Positions 47,957 to 56,632 of a stretch of 64,000 nucleotides of DNA are shown here, piece after piece; position 1 is the stretch's first letter; every line of letters begins with the position of its first letter. Position numbers and translations under genes: made by a program. The notes under the pieces were generated by a model. The model did no database searches. It had not been told where the DNA came from and was given only the letters and a program-made list of their open reading frames with translations. Location of the stretch: IMG/VR virus record IMGVR_UViG_3300029928_000009, positions 1-64,000 of that record; one strand, given 5' to 3'. Source of the stretch: a virus (Duplodnaviria > Caudoviricetes).

Positions 47957-47984
47957 GCCGAAGAAAACCAAAATCTTATAAGAA

Positions 47985-48764
47985 ATGGAAGAAGAAGAGA
48001 AAAAGAAACAGCCAATGGCGGAAGCGCAGGAGCAGACGGAAGAAACACCGCCTACACCCAACAGAGACGCCTACAAAGCTGCGTTCGGTGAAGACTATCC
48101 GGACGTAGACTTTGAGAACAAAGAAGAGCGTTACGGCAAGATGCTTGACGATAGAAAGAAGCTGAAATCATACCGTGAGAGCGGCAAACGTCTGAACGAC
48201 ACATTCAGCAAGAACCGGTGGCTTGCAGCCATGATGCAGGACATAACAGAGAATGACGACCCCGACTATTCGCCGATAGACTGGATGGCGGACCACGGCA
48301 TCGACATTAACGAGGCAATGGAAGACGAGGCGACAAGAAAGAAAGTGTCGGAGAAGATTGCAGCCTTTCAGCAGAAACAGGCAGAAGGCGAGAAGGAAGA
48401 CGAAGAGCGACAGAAGAATTTCGCCAAGAGTGCAGAAGCCTTGAAGAAACTCGGGCTTGACGAAGATACAGCCAATCAGATGTGGGTAGACTTCTTTACC
48501 AACATCATAGACGCAGGACTACGAGGTGAAGTAACCGAAGACACATGGCGCATGATACAGAAAGGGCAGAACTATGACAACGACATAGAGAATGCCAAGC
48601 AAGAGACCGCCATGAAAACAAGGAACGAGAAGATAGCAAACAAGGTGAAGAAGTTTGACGAGCCGATGCCTCCAACATTATCACAGGGCGGTCCGGGTGT
48701 ACAGGCAAAACAGAAGCCAAAGAAAGAAAACTTCTTCTCTGATTTGAAAGACGCAGGCTATTAA
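47985..48764 (+). CDS. Putative capsid scaffolding protein
   Basis: Acidic coiled-coil protein directly upstream of the major capsid gene. Confidence 0.65.
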   Translation: MEEEEKKKQPMAEAQEQTEETPPTPNRDAYKAAFGEDYPDVDFENKEERYGKMLDDRKKLKSYRESGKRLNDTFSKNRWLAAMMQDITENDDPDYSPIDWMADHGIDINEAMEDEATRKKVSEKIAAFQQKQAEGEKEDEERQKNFAKSAEALKKLGLDEDTANQMWVDFFTNIIDAGLRGEVTEDTWRMIQKGQNYDNDIENAKQETAMKTRNEKIANKVKKFDEPMPPTLSQGGPGVQAKQKPKKENFFSDLKDAGY

Positions 48765-48825
48765 TAATAATATATAAGGTGAAAAGACCTTCAGGATAAC
48801 AAACTTTAAATTAAACAATAACGAA

Positions 48826-50544
48826 ATGAAGAAAATTATTCAGGAAATCAGAAAGGGCAATATGGGCATACTATTGATGTTCATGCTGCTCGCAGTGTTG
48901 ACAGGCGGCATCGGTATGGCAGAAGGTGCAGTAATCGGTGCGGAAGGACCGGAGCCGCTAAGTAAAGACGAGACCCACGACCCCGCAGACCCGGATTCGG
49001 GAACAGGTCAGAACCCCGACGACGATCCATCGGGACGACTTGCACCGGGTGATACCACCGCAGGACAGAACCTTGACGGTTCACAGGCATCAAGTTCGCA
49101 GGCTCGCCAAGGTGGTTTGGAGGAAGACGAGTATGACTCGATTATCACCAAGTTCCAGCCATACCGAACCCCATTGCTTGCCATTGCAAGAAAAGTATCA
49201 CGCACAGTACACATTCAGAACTGGAGTGTAAAGCACGGACGTGTCGGAGGTGAAACCCTTGACGGAAGAACAAAGGCAAAAATCGCCCCAGAGTCGGATG
49301 GTTCAATCAAGCTGACAAAGACAAATTTCAGCGGTTCGCTAAAACCGTTCTACAAATGTTCTACTCTTCTTGTGCCGTTCGTTTCCGGTTATTCGCAGAA
49401 CTCGACTTCCACTTCTCAGATAAAAGAAGGCTCACTCATGCTTTATGTGGTTGAGAACACAGGAACCGAAGTAATCTGCCGTGCGGTGAACGGTATTCCG
49501 ACAGACGATGCAGTCGTTGATGATTTGGATGCAAAGAAGTGTCCGGAAATTCCAGCCGACACCTACATCTGTGCAGCATCAACCGCAATGTCAGAGAGTC
49601 AGTTGCTGCTGACCCCGGAAAACTATCAGCCAAGAACTTCTATATTCTACGTACAGAAGACAGGATTCAATATCGTGTTTACAGAAGACTACGAGAAGAC
49701 AAAGAAGAAATTGCCGTTGAAGGTAGCTGACCTCAAAGCCGATTCACTTTTCAAGTACAACATGCGTTCAAACCGCAGATATTGGGCAAGTGCACAGGCG
49801 CGCTTCCAAGTAAGAAACGGAGACGGTTCAATCGAAGATGTGTTCACTACAAACGGAATCCTTAATCAGATTACCAACAGCTACCGCTATCAGAAAGGAA
49901 AGTTGACAGTATCAGACCTTATCGCCATAAGCAAGTTGCAGTTCACCACATTCTCGCAGTCAGACGAGGCGTACGTATTCTGCGGTAAGGATGCTATGGA
50001 AGAGCTGATGAACCTCAACTTCGAGGGAACAACAAAGCTTATTGATTTTAAGGATACAAAAGTACTTGACCTCGATTTCCAGCTATTGAAGACAACCTTT
50101 GGAACACTGAAATTCATTTACGATCAAGGCTTGGATTCGTTAGGCTTCAAGGACGCGATGGTAGTCTTGGATTTAAATGGTGCAACACGCTACGTAAAGA
50201 GTTCGAAGAAAGAGCAGACCAACGATATGTCGAAGGGTGCTGGCGAAGTGCGTGAGGCAAAGCGCTTCATCTACACCGAGGCAGATGGTATCGCATTGAG
50301 AGGTTACAACTCAATCATTGTTCTTCCAGACGACAGAGCCCTTGGCTTGCCGGGTGCACAGATGCGCTCAAAGGTAATCAGTTCGGCAACACTTCCTGAC
50401 GATGCACAGGTAACAGACAAGATGATTATCGCCTTGACCGCAGACTACAAGACCTACAAGAAGGGTTATGTATACCAGGCAACAGTATCGGGTGGTACCG
50501 TAACATGGAAGCCGTATACAGGATATACGTCAGTAATTATGTAA
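48826..50544 (+). CDS. Major capsid protein with N-terminal hydrophobic leader
   Basis: HK97-like segments (PYRTPLL, TTNGILNQI, YVFCG, TTFGTLKFIYD); follows the scaffold; strong terminator after. Confidence 0.75.
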   Translation: MKKIIQEIRKGNMGILLMFMLLAVLTGGIGMAEGAVIGAEGPEPLSKDETHDPADPDSGTGQNPDDDPSGRLAPGDTTAGQNLDGSQASSSQARQGGLEEDEYDSIITKFQPYRTPLLAIARKVSRTVHIQNWSVKHGRVGGETLDGRTKAKIAPESDGSIKLTKTNFSGSLKPFYKCSTLLVPFVSGYSQNSTSTSQIKEGSLMLYVVENTGTEVICRAVNGIPTDDAVVDDLDAKKCPEIPADTYICAASTAMSESQLLLTPENYQPRTSIFYVQKTGFNIVFTEDYEKTKKKLPLKVADLKADSLFKYNMRSNRRYWASAQARFQVRNGDGSIEDVFTTNGILNQITNSYRYQKGKLTVSDLIAISKLQFTTFSQSDEAYVFCGKDAMEELMNLNFEGTTKLIDFKDTKVLDLDFQLLKTTFGTLKFIYDQGLDSLGFKDAMVVLDLNGATRYVKSSKKEQTNDMSKGAGEVREAKRFIYTEADGIALRGYNSIIVLPDDRALGLPGAQMRSKVISSATLPDDAQVTDKMIIALTADYKTYKKGYVYQATVSGGTVTWKPYTGYTSVIM

Positions 50545-50570
50545 GAGACATTTGACATAATAGATTCAAA

Positions 50571-50610
50571 GGGGCGAAGCGTAGCCAAAACGGCTCCTCC
50601 GCTCCTTTTT
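50571..50610 (+). terminator. Terminator after the capsid gene
   Basis: GGGGCG...CGCTCC stem plus TTTTT. Confidence 0.6.
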
Positions 50611-50646
50611 CAATACAAAAAAATAACAAATAAAAAATACAAAACA

Positions 50647-51054
50647 ATGATAAAGATATACAGGTGGAACGAGTATAAAAACCACGCAGAAGTAATCATG
50701 AGGGCACCGGGAGGATGTGCAGGCAAGTTGATATTCGAGAATGGAAATACAGCATTGAGAGTATTGCCGACAGTAAGAGTAGCGAGTGAATTTTGGCAGC
50801 AAATAATCGAAAGCAGCAACTATTATAAAAGGGGATTTATACAGTGTGTACAGACCTTCAACGACGAGGAAACAAATGGCGAAGAAGATACGACACAGGA
50901 GAACTATAACCCAGTAGAAGACGTTGTATCCTTGCAGCAAGCAGTAGATTTCATTGCAGACAACTATGAAGAGAAGGCGCACACCATAAACGAAGCCTTG
51001 AAGATAGCGCACAGCCATGGAGTGGACTTTCCGAACTTGAAGAAGAAAAAATAA
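50647..51054 (+). CDS. Hypothetical virion-associated protein
   Basis: 135-aa ORF after the capsid gene. Confidence 0.65.
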   Translation: MIKIYRWNEYKNHAEVIMRAPGGCAGKLIFENGNTALRVLPTVRVASEFWQQIIESSNYYKRGFIQCVQTFNDEETNGEEDTTQENYNPVEDVVSLQQAVDFIADNYEEKAHTINEALKIAHSHGVDFPNLKKKK

Positions 51055-51068
51055 GAGGAGGGTAGACT

Positions 51069-51740
51069 ATGGACGTGAGCGAAATACTAACAAGGGTGAA
51101 ATCCGTTATAGATGAGTTGTCAAACTTAGGCAACCAAGACGTAACAGGTGAGGAGAACACCCAAAACCTTGACAGTATAATAAAAGACAAGATACCATAC
51201 GCTTTAGAGTGGGTGCTGCAAAATGCACCGCAGAACAAGATAGACAGCAGTATGGTAAGCTCATATAAAGGTGGGAGCAGTGAAGCCGACGGAATATTAA
51301 AGGCAACAAGAGGCTATAATGATGTAGTTACGGTAGAACTGCCGGACAGCTTTTTAAGAGTACTGTCGGCAAAGCTAAGCTCATGGTTTTATAGTCCAAC
51401 CCCAGTAAGTGAATTTTCAGACGTGGCACTGATGCAGCAGGGGAGAACCACAATGGGAAGCCCCGACAAGCCAGCTACGGTGTTGTGCACAGAAGGAGGA
51501 AAGAGCGTTTTGAAGATGTATACGGCAGAACCGGGCGATAGCGTGGAAGTCAGTGTGCAGCTGATAAACGCTCCAACCGTAAACAAGAATGCAACAGCCG
51601 TAAGCGTGCCAACAAAATTAGAAAAGTCCTTCATCTACTATATAGCATATCTGACATTGCTTGCGTTCAGAGATGCGAGTGCGGCAAGCTTCTATCAAGT
51701 TGCGGCAAGCGACTTGGGGGCAGAAGACAAGAACCAATAA
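51069..51740 (+). CDS. Putative tail tubular/adaptor protein
   Basis: 223 aa; VELPDSFLR... and YYIAYL patterns of head-closure-like proteins. Confidence 0.5.
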   Translation: MDVSEILTRVKSVIDELSNLGNQDVTGEENTQNLDSIIKDKIPYALEWVLQNAPQNKIDSSMVSSYKGGSSEADGILKATRGYNDVVTVELPDSFLRVLSAKLSSWFYSPTPVSEFSDVALMQQGRTTMGSPDKPATVLCTEGGKSVLKMYTAEPGDSVEVSVQLINAPTVNKNATAVSVPTKLEKSFIYYIAYLTLLAFRDASAASFYQVAASDLGAEDKNQ

Positions 51741-51752
51741 AACGAAGAACCA

Positions 51753-52901
51753 ATGAACAAAATACAGATAGGCAACAGCGTTGCCGTAACTTGGAAGATA
51801 GATCTGTCGTCGGCAAAAGGCAAGAACACGCTGACCGTAGACAAGACAGAACTATATTTAAGGAATGCCTACGAGATAAAGAAGATAGAGAACTACACGA
51901 TAAATGATAATGTAGTATGCTTCATCTTTGCGTCAGACACCCAAAAGTATACAGGTACGTACGACCTCGTCTTGAAAGACACGGAGGCAGGAACAAGGTA
52001 CATCACAAAGACAAATGCCTTTGCCCTTGTGCTCCATGAGATAGAAGAGCGAGGGGCGATAAACGGCAAGGACAGCAGTGGGAACTATGTGGTTGAGTTG
52101 GCAGACAAAGCAGTAACCATAAAAGACATAGACGAAGATGCTGGAATATACGTAAGGGTAGCAGCGATAGAGGCAAAGTTGAAAGACGGATGCATACTGA
52201 CACCAGAAGAAAGGGCATTCTTTAACAATATTCTCTTGGCAAACAAGGACAAGCTCGATACTCTACCGGACGAGATAGTTGTAGATGTAACGGGAACAAT
52301 AACCGAAGACAAGGTCGCCATCGAAATCGGGAAGATGCAAAACAACGGAGGAGAGGATGGTTACCAAGACTTGAATGAAGTGTTAGACATTGCAGCTGCT
52401 ACAACAACGAAGGCTGGAGTAATGAGTGCTGCCGACAAGCAAAGGTTGGAGCAAGGGGTAAAAAGCGTAGACTTGAATGATCTTGACAAACTCAACAACA
52501 CGACAGACGGGGAAGCTGGTAAACCTGTGGTATATGCCGTAACATCAACCAATCCAATCTATGGCAGTAGAAATGTGGGAGTATTACTGTTGTTTAGCGA
52601 CGACATGGAGCATGTAACGACACAGATACTCACAACACACTGTTATTATGACAGCAGCAAAAAAGCTTTCAATGGGCACACGGACAATAAAATATACCAG
52701 TATAGCCGAGTGTACAACAATAGCGCATCGCATGGATTGTCAGACATGGGAACATGGTCAGAATGGAGTCCATTCATTGATGATACGATAGCTTCTATAA
52801 TATCTATAATGAATAAAAATATATCTAATTTACAGGATGCATTAAACAAAATATCATCATTGTCGGATAGCGAAATTGATGAGGTCTGGAACAACAATTA
52901 A
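51753..52901 (+). CDS. Tail fibre/baseplate-upper-like protein
   Basis: BppU-like beta-rich N-terminus; AT.TKAGVMSAADK fibre repeat. Confidence 0.65.
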   Translation: MNKIQIGNSVAVTWKIDLSSAKGKNTLTVDKTELYLRNAYEIKKIENYTINDNVVCFIFASDTQKYTGTYDLVLKDTEAGTRYITKTNAFALVLHEIEERGAINGKDSSGNYVVELADKAVTIKDIDEDAGIYVRVAAIEAKLKDGCILTPEERAFFNNILLANKDKLDTLPDEIVVDVTGTITEDKVAIEIGKMQNNGGEDGYQDLNEVLDIAAATTTKAGVMSAADKQRLEQGVKSVDLNDLDKLNNTTDGEAGKPVVYAVTSTNPIYGSRNVGVLLLFSDDMEHVTTQILTTHCYYDSSKKAFNGHTDNKIYQYSRVYNNSASHGLSDMGTWSEWSPFIDDTIASIISIMNKNISNLQDALNKISSLSDSEIDEVWNNN

Positions 52902-52912
52902 ATAGGAATATT

Positions 52913-55900
52913 ATGGCAGATGAAAAGAAATATTTAGACAAAACAGGACTGACGAACCTTGTAGGGAAGATCAAGTCCGAGTTATCAAAGAAGGCGAATA
53001 CGGAAGACGTTCAGCCAAAGGGTGAGTATGCTACATTAGTAGATGGAACAGTTCCGGCATCGCAGTTGCCGAGTTATGTTGATGATGTTGTGGAATTCAG
53101 CGGCTTTACTTTAGGGGAAGTATCGGCTAAGGCAATGAGCACCACGAAAACATCGCAAGATCTACTGTGTAGAGTGCAGTATGTTGCCAAAAACAATGTC
53201 TTTGTCTTTTATGACGGAAAGGACTTTTATAGTAATTGGGGCGACGCAAATACATGGGGAACTCCGACTACTGGGACATTTACCGGCATGTTTACAACTG
53301 GCGGTAGACAACCCGAATCCGGGAAAATCTATGTTGACACGACTACGGGGAAAACATACCGATGGAGTGGCAGCAGCCTTGTAGAGATAAGTGCAAGCCT
53401 TGCCTTAGGAGAAACAAGTGAAACTGCATTTGCCGGAGATAGAGGAGTTGCCGTTGAAAAGAGTTTGGAAACAGTCAAGTCCGAGTTATCAAAGAAGGCG
53501 AATGCGGAAGACGTAGAAAGTCTAAGCAATGACGTTAAGGTAAACACTGCATCACTGGAAGCAAAAAGTGTAACCTCTATAAGCACTAAAATGGTGGGCG
53601 ATGTGCTAAATATTGTTGCAACAAAAATAAATGGAGATGAGGCTACGTCATATGTGAGACCAGCAACAACAGGTACGACCGGGCTAATGAGCGCTGAGGA
53701 TAAAAACAAACTTGACAATACAATATTTGAAGAAGACAAGAGACAGATAGCAGAAAAATCCCGAGTTGAAACCGAGACCTCTCGAGTTGCAGCAGAACAG
53801 AGCCGTGTAAGAGCGGAGAACGAAAGAGATACAAATGAAGATTCACGTGTTTCCGCCGAACAGACAAGAGAGCAGAGCTTCACCACCAAGGTCGGGGAAG
53901 TGGACACGGCTATCAAAAACTGCAACACAGCTACCGAGGGAGCGGAGAGGGTGGATGCCACCATTACCGAGGCTAACGTGCTGCAAGTTACCGACAGGAA
54001 CGGAACACAGAAAACTCTTGACCTTGCTGCCGTGGTTAAGGCTAACTCTGTGGCGGAGGATGTGGACCGCATAAAAGAAAGTATGGGTGCATACAGCGAC
54101 AGACCGGATATTACGCTCACCGCAAAGGAGAACAACGTGGCTATATCGACTGACGGAGTGAAGGTGAGCAAGAGCGGTTGGGCGATTGCGGAGTTTACGG
54201 CGGAAAAGGGCAATGAATATCTTTTCAAGCCGAATGTGATTGACGGAAGCGTGTGCATCTTTGCCGAGAAAATAGACAAGGTGGAGAAGCGCGGTATCGA
54301 CTACACGTATACCTACAACGAGAACGGAACGATAGCAACGGCAACGGCTACATACTTAGGCAAGACGCATATCTATACTTATAGTTACACAACCGCAGAT
54401 AGCGGAGCAACAGACGTTGCAATTACAGATGAAACGGGGGCTGTTGTAACGGAACTGCCTTATCAATATCTTACCACTGTCGGCTCGTATTCCCCCCTCG
54501 TCAGACTTAATGCCGGGGCAGAATTGCCGAAAGACGGGTATTGCCGTTTTATGAGCCACTTCCAGGGTAATAATTCCTTGAAGGTCGCTGTGTCGTACAA
54601 GGTGGGCACGGCAGACCTGACAATGAAGGTGGTACGTGATGGTGTGATGGCAAGCATCTCGACGCAGCTGGGCAATATTTCGCAGAAGGAGAATGAAACG
54701 CGCTCGCTTGTGATGGACTTGAAAACTGCCGTAGATACATTCGTAGACAAGGATGGCTATGTGGGCATGGCGCGAATGAACGGCGATGCGAGCGGCGATG
54801 CGGAAACGACATACGGCACGGCGGAGAAAATTCACACTATGGGAGCGAAGTTCCGTCTGTGTACGGTGAAGAACGGCAAGATTACCCACCGATGCGCTCC
54901 GGGCAGACTGACGCTCGACGAGAACGGCGAGGAGGTGAAGATTGACGGAACGGACGGAGATGTGATGCTCTGCGTGGAGGATGGCTTGAACCTGCTGAAA
55001 GCCACAAAGGATATTGGCGGAAGGGAAATGAACATCATAGGTATCGGCGACAGAAAGTCTGTATGGTATGGTGTTCAGTCAAAGGAGATTCCTGCCTTTG
55101 GTTTCACACCTTGCGCTACGGTGAACGCTAAAATCCTTGACGATGTGCGCTCACAGGCTCACTGCGTGTACAATACAACAGCAATGGGTTCATACGCTAA
55201 TGCTTTGGATTATAAGATATTCAAGGACGTATACAAGAAGAGCGGTGGCGGATATGCATCCAAGCAGTTCTCTTCCGTTCTGAATATCCAATATGCACAA
55301 AACAAGAACGAGGACAATCTGACGTGCAAGCCTTATATGGGACTGCACTTCGAGTATATGGAATGTTTGCTCGCCATGATGTTCTCTGAGATAGGAAGTG
55401 TGTGCCATACCAATCTTGACATGTTCGGCGTGGGGATAACCAACAACACGATGAGCGCAAGTCTTTTCAATGACGATGCCATAAGCGGTGTGAGCGGATG
55501 GAAGTTCATTACGGCTGACGGAACGGAAAAATATCAGAATTGGTGGACAAATGTATATACAGGTGGACAGACAGCGACTGCCACCGAATTGGTAAGAGGT
55601 ATTGTCGGCAACGACAGATACTTGTGTGTGGAGATGCTTGAAGCGCAGCGTGTTCTTGATGCCGTAATGAAAGCAGGACTTGCTGACAGGATAGGAAGCA
55701 AGAGCAATATATTCCACTATGACGAAAACGGGGATATGGTATGCACGTCTGACGGAAGCGTGAATCTTGACACAGGCGAGGGCATGGAAGCGTGCAAGCA
55801 CTACTTCGTGATACGCAACGTGCCGAGATGCGAGGGGTTGGCGGACGGTGTGATGACTGCCGTGATAAATTCATACACCAAGTTGGAGTGTTGTGATGGT

Positions 55901-56476
55901 TTGGTTTTGAACGACAAGACAACGGATATGACAGGCGGAATAGCAATCATGAAGAGAAGCCTGCCTATATATAGAGGCTGGACGTTACCCTATATCGGAG
56001 TGTTCCGCCACTTGAACTATGGCTACTACGTGATACGTGTAGATACCGAGGGCGTGGTGGATGTGGAATATGATGCCATTGAAGTAAAGGACGTTAAACC
56101 GCTTACGGTGTTAAATAACACCGCTTACGAAGCATCAGGCAAGAATAGCACAGTTCCTATGCTTGAAGGCGCGTCAAAGGTTTACCAAGTGGGCAAAGGC
56201 TCAGGTCTTAATGGCGAATTTTGGACAATGAAGAGCAACTACTCCATGGGTTTGTTCTGTTTAAAACAACGAGGCGGAGGATTTAGAACGCATGAAAATG
56301 CGTATCTGTGGCTATATTCAACGAATAATCATGGTAATGATAGTGTACAGGTGCACGGCTCCGTTTCGGGTTGCTCTGCGGATAGTGGTCAGGCGTCTGT
56401 TCGGACTGCGTCTTGTTTCAACTACGCTGGCTATGGCTTTGTCAACTACGCTGGGGCGTTCGCTGTCCAGCTATAA
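52913..56476 (+). CDS. Tail fibre/receptor-binding protein, DGR target
   Basis: Fibre modules (GTVPASQLPSYVDDV, GLMSAEDKNKLD, coiled-coil shaft); last 40 codons form the DGR variable repeat. Confidence 0.9.
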   Translation: MADEKKYLDKTGLTNLVGKIKSELSKKANTEDVQPKGEYATLVDGTVPASQLPSYVDDVVEFSGFTLGEVSAKAMSTTKTSQDLLCRVQYVAKNNVFVFYDGKDFYSNWGDANTWGTPTTGTFTGMFTTGGRQPESGKIYVDTTTGKTYRWSGSSLVEISASLALGETSETAFAGDRGVAVEKSLETVKSELSKKANAEDVESLSNDVKVNTASLEAKSVTSISTKMVGDVLNIVATKINGDEATSYVRPATTGTTGLMSAEDKNKLDNTIFEEDKRQIAEKSRVETETSRVAAEQSRVRAENERDTNEDSRVSAEQTREQSFTTKVGEVDTAIKNCNTATEGAERVDATITEANVLQVTDRNGTQKTLDLAAVVKANSVAEDVDRIKESMGAYSDRPDITLTAKENNVAISTDGVKVSKSGWAIAEFTAEKGNEYLFKPNVIDGSVCIFAEKIDKVEKRGIDYTYTYNENGTIATATATYLGKTHIYTYSYTTADSGATDVAITDETGAVVTELPYQYLTTVGSYSPLVRLNAGAELPKDGYCRFMSHFQGNNSLKVAVSYKVGTADLTMKVVRDGVMASISTQLGNISQKENETRSLVMDLKTAVDTFVDKDGYVGMARMNGDASGDAETTYGTAEKIHTMGAKFRLCTVKNGKITHRCAPGRLTLDENGEEVKIDGTDGDVMLCVEDGLNLLKATKDIGGREMNIIGIGDRKSVWYGVQSKEIPAFGFTPCATVNAKILDDVRSQAHCVYNTTAMGSYANALDYKIFKDVYKKSGGGYASKQFSSVLNIQYAQNKNEDNLTCKPYMGLHFEYMECLLAMMFSEIGSVCHTNLDMFGVGITNNTMSASLFNDDAISGVSGWKFITADGTEKYQNWWTNVYTGGQTATATELVRGIVGNDRYLCVEMLEAQRVLDAVMKAGLADRIGSKSNIFHYDENGDMVCTSDGSVNLDTGEGMEACKHYFVIRNVPRCEGLADGVMTAVINSYTKLECCDGLVLNDKTTDMTGGIAIMKRSLPIYRGWTLPYIGVFRHLNYGYYVIRVDTEGVVDVEYDAIEVKDVKPLTVLNNTAYEASGKNSTVPMLEGASKVYQVGKGSGLNGEFWTMKSNYSMGLFCLKQRGGGFRTHENAYLWLYSTNNHGNDSVQVHGSVSGCSADSGQASVRTASCFNYAGYGFVNYAGAFAVQL
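52971..53514 (+). repeat. 40-bp direct repeat (39/40 identical) flanking an in-frame 504-bp fibre module
   Basis: 52971-53010 vs 53475-53514. Confidence 0.85.
56350..56467 (+). repeat. DGR variable repeat (VR)
   Basis: 118-bp ungapped match to TR; 15 mismatches, all opposite TR adenines. Confidence 0.96.
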
Positions 56477-56632
56477 TCAAATTTAAATCGAGAGTAATAA
56501 ACATTAACAATAACAATAAACCTCAAGCTGCGACTTAGCAAACAATGGGTTTTGGCAAAGGCAATGGCTTCAAATCGGATGCAAAGGGGCGAAACGGCTT
56601 AGTGTAGCCCCGGTCCGGGCGGCAAATTAAGA

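Noticed and set aside
53329-55801. Long - strand ORFs (316, 177, 203 aa) in the tail fibre
   Set aside because: Antisense to the fibre gene; composition reflects codon bias of the real strand
1-56349. Second DGR target (additional VR)
   Set aside because: No other copy of the TR 3' end (TACGCTGGGGCGTTCGCTGTC) was noticed by eye; a computational scan is needed to exclude one
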